A stretch of 64,000 bases of DNA from an uncultured Gemmatimonadaceae bacterium (GTDB lineage: Bacteria; Gemmatimonadota; Gemmatimonadetes; Gemmatimonadales; Gemmatimonadaceae): NCBI GenBank assembly GCA_963716745.1, contig OY970320.1, forward strand, positions 2,048,001 through 2,112,000, written 5' to 3'. Each line of letters begins with the position of its first letter. Position 1 is the stretch's first letter. A program made the position numbers and the translations under genes. Shown piece by piece: positions 11,522 through 20,324 of this stretch. The notes beneath the pieces were generated by a model. It was not told the origin of the DNA. It did not search any database and saw nothing but the letters and a program-made list of their open reading frames with translations.

Positions 11522-12843
11522 CAGCATCCCCCACCGTCGCTCCCGATCGTGTACTGCACGCTCGTCCAACGCGAATCGACACCGGCAGCGAAGCCGTCGA
11601 TACCGAACACGGCGGTCGAGGCGACGAATTGATTCTGCGTCGCCTGCATTCCGCCGGGTGGACCGTAGTTGCGCGTGATCACCGCCGTGCCATCGACGCA
11701 GAGCGTCGCCGACGTCGTGCCGATCTTGCGCAGCCGGTACGTATGGAACGCGGTGCCCGTGAGCGCGAACGTCGCGCCCCGATTGGTCCATTTGCCGCTT
11801 CCGTTGTTGTAGGTCGCGAAGGAGACTCTATCGCTCGCGATCCCCACGAACTCCTGTCTGCGGCCGCTGCCCTGTGGCTCGGCAAAGCCGAATACCGCTT
11901 GGATCGTGCCCGCGGAGGCATTGACCACGCGGAGCCTCGCGTCCATGACCGCGGATCCGGTTCCCAGCGAATCGTGTCGTGAGTAATAGAGGCTGGTATT
12001 CGCGGTGCCCGCCTGCAGCCTCAGTTCGGTGCCCGCCGTGAAGGCCGCGGTGCCGAGCGTCGGATCGCCGGTGGACGCGAACGTTCCCCAGCGCGGTTTG
12101 CCGTTGAGATCGGGCAGAGAATCCTGCGTGCCATCGTAGATCCGGAGCCAGGTCGTCTCATGCGGCGCCGGCCACGATGCGCTCACCATGAGCGTGAAGA
12201 AGAAGGCGTGCACCGTGTCGGTGACGCCGGGATTCCAGTTGCTGGTCTTGAAGAGCCATACGATGCGATTCGTCGTATCCTTGCCCGCGGCACCGCCCGT
12301 GTAGGCTGACGGACGATTCGGATAGAAGAAATACTTCTGCCCCGCCGCGGTGAAACTGCCGGTGCCCGACTGATTGCTCACGCTCACGGCGCAGCCGACG
12401 CACGGACTCGGCCGCGAGACGTTCGGTGCGACGGTGAAGAACGCGAACACCCCCGACGTATCCGGCGCCGCCACCTCCGGATAGTTGGAACCGATCGCGA
12501 ACGCCTGGCGATTGCGAAGTTCCACGTGCGTGAACCATGTGCGGCTGCCCGCGGGGCCGACGCCGACCACATTGTGCAAACTGTCCACGACGCCGAGCAC
12601 GTCGATCGTCACGCCCTGCTGGCCATAGATCGCGGGACTGATCTTCGTGTCCGTCAGGCCCGCAATGCTGCCGGAGAGCGGCACGAACGTCGTCGTTATC
12701 GTGTTGCCGCTGATCATGCCGTTGACGAAGCCGAGTACGGGTGTCGACGGCGTCGTTATTGGAGCGGAAGGCGCCGGCTCGCTGCACGCCGCGGCGAGCA
12801 GGACGAGGGCAGCCGTTGGTATCAGTCTTGTGTGAGAAGTCAT
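11521..12843 (-). CDS. Surface lipoprotein: unnamed N-terminal domain plus beta-rich (LamG-like?) C-terminal domain; last gene of RiPP-like locus 1
   Basis: Lipobox LLAAAC; N-domain aligns by eye with 55338-55632. Confidence 0.7.
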   Translation of the reverse strand: MTSHTRLIPTAALVLLAAACSEPAPSAPITTPSTPVLGFVNGMISGNTITTTFVPLSGSIAGLTDTKISPAIYGQQGVTIDVLGVVDSLHNVVGVGPAGSRTWFTHVELRNRQAFAIGSNYPEVAAPDTSGVFAFFTVAPNVSRPSPCVGCAVSVSNQSGTGSFTAAGQKYFFYPNRPSAYTGGAAGKDTTNRIVWLFKTSNWNPGVTDTVHAFFFTLMVSASWPAPHETTWLRIYDGTQDSLPDLNGKPRWGTFASTGDPTLGTAAFTAGTELRLQAGTANTSLYYSRHDSLGTGSAVMDARLRVVNASAGTIQAVFGFAEPQGSGRRQEFVGIASDRVSFATYNNGSGKWTNRGATFALTGTAFHTYRLRKIGTTSATLCVDGTAVITRNYGPPGGMQATQNQFVASTAVFGIDGFAAGVDSRWTSVQYTIGSDGGGC

Positions 12844-12929
12844 ACGAAGATACCTGTGCGAGAAAGTGTGCTGCTCTTCGGTCAATGTATAACGGCCAAA
12901 TGCGCGCCGCATCAGCGACGTGCATCACA

Positions 12930-13844
12930 CTACGGGAACAGGATCGCCGGCTCGCGTTCCTGCGCGGCGGTCCCAGGGAACAGCACTTGGATCGAGTCCG
13001 GCGTCAACACGAGCGCCTTCATCGAACTGTTCGCCGCACCCATGGCCGCCGCGAAGATGCAGTACGACGCGTTGCAGCTCGCGGGGCCGCTCGCGGTGAG
13101 CGAGTCCGGGATCGCGTTCATGGGGTTCGTGCCGGTCGCGTCGATCCGGCGGAGGATCAGCTCCGGAACGGGCGCGATGTAGTAGATCTTCGTGCCATCC
13201 GCCGACCATGTCGGCGAGAACGCGCCGCCGCCTTCGTTCGTGATGCGCGTGGGCGTCCCGCCGCCGCTCGCCACGACGTACACCTGCGATGTTCCGGTTC
13301 CCACGCCCGTGTACGCGATGGTGTGGCCCATCGGATTCCACGCGGGCGCACTCACGGGGCTGTACACCGGGTCGCCGGTCGCGAGCATCTGCGCAGAATC
13401 CATCGTCCCCTGGTCCAGCGCCGGCGCGCGGATCAGCCACACCCTCGGCACGCCCGTGCGCGTGCTCACATAGGCGATGGAATCGCCGCTCGGGCTCAGC
13501 GCCGGCGTGTAGTCGAATGCGCCGCTATGCACGACGCGGTGCGGGGTCGTGATGTCGAGGTCGGCAATGTAGATCTGCGGGTAGCCGTCGCGCTCGCTCG
13601 TGAACACGATGCGCGATGCCGCACTGTTGGGATCGTAATTGTTCGATCCGGCGGTGAGCACGACCACGGAGTCGTTCCGGAATCGCACGAGACTCGTGAA
13701 GCCACCCGTGTCGGCCACATACACGAACGCCGGCAATGTCCCGGGCGGCGGCCCACCGCCACCATCGGTGCCCGTCGAGTTGCTGCAGGCGAGCGCGCCG
13801 ATCGCGAGGGCGGCCGCAAGAATGCGCACGGCGTCAGCTCGCAT
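12930..13844 (-). CDS. TolB-like (PD40 repeat) beta-propeller lipoprotein
   Basis: Lipobox GALAC; IVFTSERDGYPQIY, PALSPSGDSIAYVSTRTG, PTWSADGTKIYY. Confidence 0.85.
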   Translation of the reverse strand: MRADAVRILAAALAIGALACSNSTGTDGGGGPPPGTLPAFVYVADTGGFTSLVRFRNDSVVVLTAGSNNYDPNSAASRIVFTSERDGYPQIYIADLDITTPHRVVHSGAFDYTPALSPSGDSIAYVSTRTGVPRVWLIRAPALDQGTMDSAQMLATGDPVYSPVSAPAWNPMGHTIAYTGVGTGTSQVYVVASGGGTPTRITNEGGGAFSPTWSADGTKIYYIAPVPELILRRIDATGTNPMNAIPDSLTASGPASCNASYCIFAAAMGAANSSMKALVLTPDSIQVLFPGTAAQEREPAILFP

Positions 13845-14103
13845 CGGCCACCAACAATCCGGCATCGTTGAGCGCCGCGATCAGCGCGCGTGTCTCTTCG
13901 CGCGCCACGGGCTCGGTCACGGTGTACTCCGCCGCGAGTGTCTGCACGATCTCATCCTCCACGCGCCCCTCGAGCAGCAGCGCCCAGATGCGCGTACCGG
14001 TCGCGTTCAGCGAATGGTAACGATTGGTGCGGAGATTCAACAACACCGCACCCTCGGCGAGCGTCGCGGCGAGCGCGTCGGGTGTCGCGCGCCATCGGGT
14101 CAT
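13834..14103 (-). CDS. PqqD-family RiPP recognition element (89 aa)
   Basis: EGAVLLNLRTNRYHSLNATGTRIWALL..LAAEY..LNDAGLL; ATGA overlap with the reconstructed kinase stop. Confidence 0.9.
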   Translation of the reverse strand: MTRWRATPDALAATLAEGAVLLNLRTNRYHSLNATGTRIWALLLEGRVEDEIVQTLAAEYTVTEPVAREETRALIAALNDAGLLVADAS

Positions 14104-14886
14104 GACAGCGCACCCGCGAGCGTGCCGGCGATCGCGTGCAACTGCCGGGCGGTGTGAGCTGAGACGGAACGCCGGGGCGTCCGTTACGAGCGCCCGCAGC
14201 GTCTCGAGGTGCGCCTCCGAGTGGCCGTCCGGCATCATCACCCAGGTGGATTGTCGTACGAGCTGCAGCAGTGCTTCCGCGGCCGCCATGGGCAGCAGCT
14301 CGTCGCGGTCGCCGCGCTCCAGGAAGACGATCGCCGCGACGCGCGCGCGCTGCACGACGGGAAATCGCATCGGTACACGGTCGCGCTCATCGCGGAATCC
14401 CGGAGGCGGCGCGACGCCGGTGAGTTCGGGGAATTCTGGGGCGAGCGCACGGCTTACGGCGAGCGGTTCGCGCCACGCGTGCGCGACGACTCCCGTCGGT
14501 GTGCGCTCGACGATCACGCCATCGTCGCCCATCAGTCTCCAGCCGGCGCGTACGAGCGCGTAGGCGAGCGTGGACTTTCCCGTTCCGTTCCCGCCGGCGA
14601 GGATCCAGGCGCGGCCCTTCGGATCCGCCACCGCCGCGGCGTGCACGTGGAAGCGGCCGAGGGCGCGCAGGCGCACGATCGCGCCCACGCGTGCGAGGAA
14701 CTGGCGCTCGGGGGTGGCGGTGGTGGCGTAGCGATCGCCGCGTTGCAGGCGGCCACGGCGCACGGTGAGCGTGCCGCCGTCGGGCATCAGCTTGAGCACC
14801 GAGCCGGCTGCGTCGGTGAAAGCATCGATCGGACCGGCGGTCCAGGCGAACCCGGGCACGGGCTCCGCCTGTTGCGGCGTCAGCAG
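14100..14886 (-). CDS. HPr-kinase-like P-loop kinase (start uncertain; indel near 14158)
   Basis: HVHAAAV, ILAGGNGTGKST (Walker A), LMGDDGVI; shifted frame ends HTARQLHAIAGTLAGALS-TGA. Confidence 0.8.
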
Positions 14887-15104
14887 CCGAACTTCTGTCC
14901 GCTTACTCCACAGGTGATCTGCAGCGCGAACGCGACGCCGGCGGGGCCGAAGAAATGCTTCGTCAGCACCGTGAGCGATTCGTGGGTCGCGAGCTGCGGA
15001 GTCTCCCAACGGAGACGCGCCGCGCCCGATGTGTCGGGAGCGGGATCGCCGGAGCCGAGCGGAATGTTCGAACCGTCGAGGGGAGAATTGGCCATCGAGC
15101 GCAT
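14880..15104 (-). CDS. Putative RiPP precursor peptide 1 (alternative start 15095)
   Basis: Leader motif WETPQLATHESLTVLTK then HFFGPAGVAFALQITCGVSGQKFGC; directly upstream of kinase and PqqD. Confidence 0.75.
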   Translation of the reverse strand: MRSMANSPLDGSNIPLGSGDPAPDTSGAARLRWETPQLATHESLTVLTKHFFGPAGVAFALQITCGVSGQKFGC

Positions 15105-15346
15105 GCGAGTTAGGGACTAACTCTCTTCATATTCCAATGACTCGCACGGGTTCCGGCGGTCACTTTTTCTATCGCGAGGGCGGAGGTGACCCCTGTCACA
15201 GAGCGTTCCAGGGTGCTCCCATACCGCTTAGAGAAGAATGTACGGCGAGAGGAAGGGAGGCGCAACCGAACAACCGACGTTGGACGTGAGACGTTGGAAC
15301 CCCTCTCGCTTGACCTACAGGGGGCGCGGGGGCAGGATGGACGCCC

Positions 15347-16777
15347 ATGACGCGTAACAGATGGGTCGCGGTGGGGATCGGAGCGCTCGCCGCGATCGGG
15401 GCGGGGTTCGTTTGGTATGCGACGAGCGCGGGAGTGGGGCTGTTAAGCAATGACTCGTTCCTGTATGCGACGCTGGCGAAGGAACTGCGCGGCGGGCGGG
15501 CGCTGTCGAGCATCGCGGTGCCGCCGGGATTCCCCGCGATGCTGGCGATGGGCGCGGATCCGTTCGCGACCGCGAGGATCCTGAACGTCGTTTCCGTCGC
15601 GGCGTTGGTGGCGCTCACCGGCGGCATCGTGTGGTGGAGCACGCGACGCGCGGCGCCGTCGATGTTCGCGGCGGCGCTCGTGGCCGGCGCCAAGCCGCTG
15701 CTCGCGGTGCACGCGATGATGCTGTCCGAGCCGCTGGCGCTCGTGGTGGGTGCGGCGGGGCTCTGGCTCACGCTCGTCGCGCTCGACCGCGACCGCACTT
15801 CGGTCTGGTGCGCGGCGGCGCTCGCGCTCGGGCTCGCGGCGTTCGTGCGATACGCGGCGGTGGCGTATCCGCTCGCGGCCGTGACGCTGGTCGCGCTCGA
15901 GCGGCGCTGGCGCCGGGCCGCGCTGCTCGCGGCGATCTCGGCGCTCCCGCTCGCGATCTGGCTGGCGCGCAACATGCTCGTGGCCGGCGCTCCGACGGAT
16001 CGCATGTTCGCATACCACGCGATGCCGGCGCGCGTCGCGGGCTGGGGACGCGACGCGGTGAGCGTGTGGTTCGACCCGCTCGGGATCGCATTCGGCGGCC
16101 ACCCCGACCTGCGGTGGACCGCAGTGATCGCCGCGGCGCTGCTGTTCGCGTGGGCGATCGCACGCGGTGGCCGCCTCGCGCGACTGGCGGGCCTGTTCGC
16201 GGCGATGTACGTGCTCTTGCTGGTCGTGGTGATCGAATTCTTCGACGCATCAACGATCTTCGATTCGCGAATGCTGGTGCCAGTGTACGTCGCAGCGGTG
16301 CTCGCGGGATCGTGCGCGTTCGCGGCGCTGCTCGTGGCGCCGCGCTGGGCGCCATGGGCGGCGGCCGCGGCCACGCTATTCGTGATCGCGCACGCGTACG
16401 CGGATGTTCGATTCGCGCAGCGAATCCATCCGCAAGGCTGGGGCGCGACGATCGCCGCCTGGCGCGAGTCGCGTCTGGTGGGCGCCGTGAATGCGCTGCC
16501 GCCCGGCACGGAAGTCTGGACGAACGCGCTCTTGCAGCTGCCGTGGGTGAGTGCAGAGCCGGTGCACGCACTCCCGCGCCCCCGCACGCGCATTGGTGGC
16601 GTGCCCTGGGCCGGCTACGATTCCGCGCTCGCGGCCATACCCAGTGGCGCGTACGTCGCACAATTCGGCGATTCTGCGACGTACCAGGGAGCCGCGGTGC
16701 GGGATCTCGTGCGCACGCGCGGGTTGGAAGTTGTTGCCGAAGCGCCGGAGGGCGCGCTCTACAGGGTGAAACGTTAG
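15347..16777 (+). CDS. Polytopic GT-C fold glycosyltransferase-like protein (PMT/ArnT-like)
   Basis: N-terminal TM then SNDSFLY, PPGFPAML, LSEPL; many TM helices; soluble C-terminal tail. Confidence 0.6.
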   Translation: MTRNRWVAVGIGALAAIGAGFVWYATSAGVGLLSNDSFLYATLAKELRGGRALSSIAVPPGFPAMLAMGADPFATARILNVVSVAALVALTGGIVWWSTRRAAPSMFAAALVAGAKPLLAVHAMMLSEPLALVVGAAGLWLTLVALDRDRTSVWCAAALALGLAAFVRYAAVAYPLAAVTLVALERRWRRAALLAAISALPLAIWLARNMLVAGAPTDRMFAYHAMPARVAGWGRDAVSVWFDPLGIAFGGHPDLRWTAVIAAALLFAWAIARGGRLARLAGLFAAMYVLLLVVVIEFFDASTIFDSRMLVPVYVAAVLAGSCAFAALLVAPRWAPWAAAAATLFVIAHAYADVRFAQRIHPQGWGATIAAWRESRLVGAVNALPPGTEVWTNALLQLPWVSAEPVHALPRPRTRIGGVPWAGYDSALAAIPSGAYVAQFGDSATYQGAAVRDLVRTRGLEVVAEAPEGALYRVKR

Positions 16778-16874
16778 ACGTTGGACGTTAGAACTTCCGA
16801 ATGAATTCGAGTGGCTTCACCATGCGCATGATCGTCCGCCTCCTGGCACGCTTCACTGTCGCGGAGGATCCCAC

Positions 16875-18371
16875 ATGCGTCACACACTGATCATCTCTGG
16901 CCTCGCTTCGTGCGTGGCCGCTATTGCCGGTTGCAAGTCCAACGATACGGGCTCGACGGGTCCCACGGGCCCGAGCGGATATGCGGCCAACATCACGAAA
17001 GTGAGCGGTGACGATCAGACGGGCACGTTCCTATCGCCCGTTCCAGTGCCGCTCGTCGTCGAGGTGACCGACTCAGCGGGCAAACCCGTGACCGACGCCA
17101 GCGTCGCGTGGGCGGTCAACCTCCTCGATGCCTCGCAGCTCCTGCAGGTATCGACCACCGATGGCAGCGGCCAGACTCAACTCTCGCCCGTTCTCGGGGG
17201 GCGGCCGGGCGCCTTCTCCGTGGTGGCCGCGATCAACAGCAAGGCCGTCACCTTCACGGGGACCTCGAACGTGGCCTTAGGCGCGGGTCTCAAGAACTTC
17301 ACGACCAATCTCTTCGCCAAGTGCGCCCTCGACACGCAGGGCAACGCGCTCTGCTGGGGCAACGGTCTGTTCGGCCAACTCGGACCCACGACGACCGGCC
17401 CCGTCACCGGGCCGGTGCCGATTCCTGGTGGCCACGCGTTCACGCAGATCAGCGGCAACGGGGGCTTGGACTGCGGACTCACGGCCGGCGGCGCAATGTA
17501 CTGCTGGGGCAACGCCATGTATCCGCAGATCGGAAGCGGAGCGCCGGGCACCGGAACCTTCACGACGCCGGTCGCGGCCGGCAATGGCAAGATCTTCAGT
17601 CAGATCGCGGTCGGCTACGCGGTCGCGTGCGGCATCTCGTCGGGCGTGACGTATTGCTGGGGCTTCGGCCACCAGGGCGCGCTGGGCACGGGAGACACGG
17701 CCACACGCTTCGTGCCCACCGCGGTGCAGGTCCCGTCGGGAGTCGCGTTCACCTCGCTTGCGGCAGCCAGCGGCGGATTCACCTGCGGGCTCACATCCGC
17801 AGGCGCGGCGTATTGCTGGGGTGAGAACGACGTTGGAGAACTTGGCACGGGCAGCAGCTCGCCGAGTATCTCGCTCGTGCCCCTCCAAGTGACCGGCGGT
17901 CACACATTCAGCACGCTCGTCGTGAGTCTCTCGGCGGCATGCGGATTGACCTCGGGCGGCGCCGTGTACTGCTGGGGACATGGCGCCAATGGCAACGGCA
18001 CGACGGCCGACGAATATTCTCCCACGGCAATTTCGCAGAGCGGCCTGACCTTCACGCAGCTCTCCGCGACCGGCGGTCTGGGTGCCGTCTGCGCCTTGAC
18101 GTCCGCGGGCGCGGCGTACTGCTGGGGCAGCAACATATACGGCGATTTGGGAAGCGGGTCGTTCGCGACCAGCGGTACGACGCCTGTTCCGGTGACCGGC
18201 GGCCACGTCTTCAGCGCGGTCGTGCCCGGTCCGTTGAGCACCTGCGGATATTCGACGGGCCAGGTGATGTATTGCTGGGGCGCGAACCAATCGAGAGAGC
18301 TCGGACTCGATCCCGGGGCCGACACGATGTACGCGGTGCCGCAGGCGGTGCCGGGGTTGGGCAAGCCGTAG
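16875..18371 (+). CDS. Lipoprotein with Ig-like domain and RCC1/BLIP-II-like repeats
   Basis: GGAGG RBS; AIAGC lipobox; VSGDDQTG..PLVVEVTDSAG; repeated CGL--G--YCWG-N--G-LG. Confidence 0.9.
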   Translation: MRHTLIISGLASCVAAIAGCKSNDTGSTGPTGPSGYAANITKVSGDDQTGTFLSPVPVPLVVEVTDSAGKPVTDASVAWAVNLLDASQLLQVSTTDGSGQTQLSPVLGGRPGAFSVVAAINSKAVTFTGTSNVALGAGLKNFTTNLFAKCALDTQGNALCWGNGLFGQLGPTTTGPVTGPVPIPGGHAFTQISGNGGLDCGLTAGGAMYCWGNAMYPQIGSGAPGTGTFTTPVAAGNGKIFSQIAVGYAVACGISSGVTYCWGFGHQGALGTGDTATRFVPTAVQVPSGVAFTSLAAASGGFTCGLTSAGAAYCWGENDVGELGTGSSSPSISLVPLQVTGGHTFSTLVVSLSAACGLTSGGAVYCWGHGANGNGTTADEYSPTAISQSGLTFTQLSATGGLGAVCALTSAGAAYCWGSNIYGDLGSGSFATSGTTPVPVTGGHVFSAVVPGPLSTCGYSTGQVMYCWGANQSRELGLDPGADTMYAVPQAVPGLGKP

Positions 18372-18475
18372 GCGCTCGGCGCGCGCCGCTCTCTTCTCCG
18401 GCTAGAGCGCCAGGTCTATATTCAGCGATCGGACGTCCATTGTCAGTCGTCAAACGTTGGCCGTTCGAAAACTGC

Positions 18476-18547
18476 GGCGCGGTAGCCAAGTGGTAAGGCA
18501 GCGGTCTGCAAAACCGCTATTCGCCGGTTCGATTCCGGCCCGCGCCT
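18476..18547 (+). tRNA. tRNA-Cys (GCA)
   Basis: Acceptor stem GGCGCGG/CCGCGCC, D-arm GCCAAGTGGTAAGGC, anticodon arm GCGGT-CTGCAAA-ACCGC, T-arm GCCGG-TTCGATT-CCGGC, discriminator U; CCA not encoded. Confidence 0.97.
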
Positions 18548-18555
18548 CTCTTCAG

Positions 18556-18598
18556 AACGACGCGCGCCCGGCAGACTGCCCGGGCGCGCGTTGTCGTT
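18556..18598. terminator. Hairpin between tRNA-Cys and the convergent gene
   Basis: ACGCGCGCCCGG..CCGGGCGCGCGT stem. Confidence 0.6.
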
Positions 18599-18612
18599 CA
18601 GGTCCTGCGCGG

Positions 18613-20220
18613 CTACGGAGAAGTGAAGGCCACCAGCCCGGAATAGCTCACCCCATAGAGCAGGCCGCCCTTCGACGGGTCGTTCACGATCACCGGGTTC
18701 CACACCGTATTCGGATACGCGAGCACCAAGTGCGAGAGCTGGCGGCCGGTGATGAGATCGAGCACATGGATCCCATCGGAGTTCGATGTGGCGATCAGCG
18801 TGGCGCTCCCGAGCGCGGCGGCGAGCGTGGTGGTGGGCCCGCCGATCGAACCGATGTACGTGCTCAGCCCGTTGATCGTACCGGAGCGCCAGAGGAGCGC
18901 ACCCGTCGCCGCGCTGTGCGACTCGACGCCCGTGGAGGTCGCGATGATCACCGCGCGATTCGCGATGACCGGTGCCTGCTGCCCCGGGCTGGAAACGGTC
19001 CATGACCACACGACATGCAGGTCCGACTGCGCGCGCGCGACGAGTGTGTTGTTGTTCTCGATGAGGTACACGTTCGCGGCATCGGCGCTGATCTTGCTCG
19101 TCGGCTTCGTGCCGACGAACGCGAGCCTCGTGCCCACGGCCTTCGAGAGCGCGTAGACGCCGGGGAGCGGCGGATTGGTCACGGTGGCCGCGGCCCAGTA
19201 GTCGCCGGCGACGAACAGCGTGGTGCCGCTGAGCGCGATGCCGGCGATGTCATCGTATCCGTCGCCGCGCGCGGTGCCATAGCTGTTCGCGGTCCACGTT
19301 TTCGCCCCGGCGGTGGTCATGCGGGCTACGAAGGGGCCGGGTCCGTCCACGTGCCAGCGGTGGTCCACGTACAGCCCGCTCGTATCGGCGAGCGTCTCTC
19401 CCCAGCGGTCCACGCCGCTGAACCAGAGCCGCGAGCCCGAGCTGGTGTCCAGGAAGCCGATCCCGTCATCCTGGAACACGAAGCGGGTGCCCCACACCGA
19501 GCCCCACTGGCCGATGTTGGTGTCGTAGCCGCCGTCGAAGGTCCACGCGCGATGGCCGGCGGTGGTGACGCGGTCCACGTCGGTCGCGCCGGTGTAGCCG
19601 CTGCCGAGCACCGACTGCGCGCTCCACTGGAGGAAGATCGCGTCGGCGGTGGGCAGCGCGTTGAGCACGTATTGGAACGGGCGCGTGCTGGACGGCGCCG
19701 CCGGCGTGTAGCTCCACGCTTTCGTGAGCGGACCTTTGATGCTGGCCTGCGACGCGCCAGCGCGGGTGCCATCGTGCCCGTAGGTGACCCAATCGTCGCG
19801 CACGCCCGGCGCGGCGGCGGTCGCGTTGAAGGTGAGCTTCGTCGACAAGTCGGTCATCGTCGCGAGCACCGAGCTCGTACCGGCCAGGCCGCCGAACGTG
19901 AGCGTCGCTTGCGCTCTCCCATTACGGTCGGTGACCGACGTGGGCGCGTCGAGCGCGCCCTGTCCGGCGACGGTCCAGGTGATGGTGAGGCCCTCGATGG
20001 GCACCGTGTCGGCATCCGTGACTCTCACGACGAACGGGCGCGGGAGCGCCGTGTTGATCACCCCGAACTGCGTGTCGCCGCTGACGATCGTGAACGACGC
20101 CGGCGGGCCGTGTTTGGGCTGAGTGCTTTCATTGCACGCCAACGCGAAGAGCGAAAGGCCAGCGAGCACCGTCAGCACCGCTGCGGGCTTGCGCGAGGTT
20201 CTCGGGATCATCGGGACCAT
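18613..20220 (-). CDS. Lipoprotein with Ig-like domain and PQQ-like beta-propeller
   Basis: LFALAC lipobox; VSGDTQFG..FVVRVTDA; DWVTYGHDGTRAG; G-LLW repeats. Confidence 0.7.
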   Translation of the reverse strand: MVPMIPRTSRKPAAVLTVLAGLSLFALACNESTQPKHGPPASFTIVSGDTQFGVINTALPRPFVVRVTDADTVPIEGLTITWTVAGQGALDAPTSVTDRNGRAQATLTFGGLAGTSSVLATMTDLSTKLTFNATAAAPGVRDDWVTYGHDGTRAGASQASIKGPLTKAWSYTPAAPSSTRPFQYVLNALPTADAIFLQWSAQSVLGSGYTGATDVDRVTTAGHRAWTFDGGYDTNIGQWGSVWGTRFVFQDDGIGFLDTSSGSRLWFSGVDRWGETLADTSGLYVDHRWHVDGPGPFVARMTTAGAKTWTANSYGTARGDGYDDIAGIALSGTTLFVAGDYWAAATVTNPPLPGVYALSKAVGTRLAFVGTKPTSKISADAANVYLIENNNTLVARAQSDLHVVWSWTVSSPGQQAPVIANRAVIIATSTGVESHSAATGALLWRSGTINGLSTYIGSIGGPTTTLAAALGSATLIATSNSDGIHVLDLITGRQLSHLVLAYPNTVWNPVIVNDPSKGGLLYGVSYSGLVAFTSP

Positions 20221-20324
20221 CCGGTGAGTGTGAGCCGGTCGAACGCTAGACGGCCCGACACGGCTTGGGCAACCGAATGGAAGGCGTCAATTTCGTGGCG
20301 CGTGGAACGGTTCTTGCCTGCCCG

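Noticed and set aside
13834..15009. Apparent kinase-PqqD fusion ORF (391 aa)
   Set aside because: One indel near 14158 restores a kinase ending ALS-TGA that overlaps the PqqD ATG (ATGA); the locus 2 paralogues are separate genes
13834..15104. Calling the loci lasso peptide or PQQ biosynthesis clusters
   Set aside because: The predicted cores have no Asp/Glu; no cyclase, B2, PqqB or PqqC is seen; no PqqA E-x3-Y motif
18476..18547. tRNA-Cys as an island integration site
   Set aside because: No integrase and no duplicated tRNA 3' end noticed in the window
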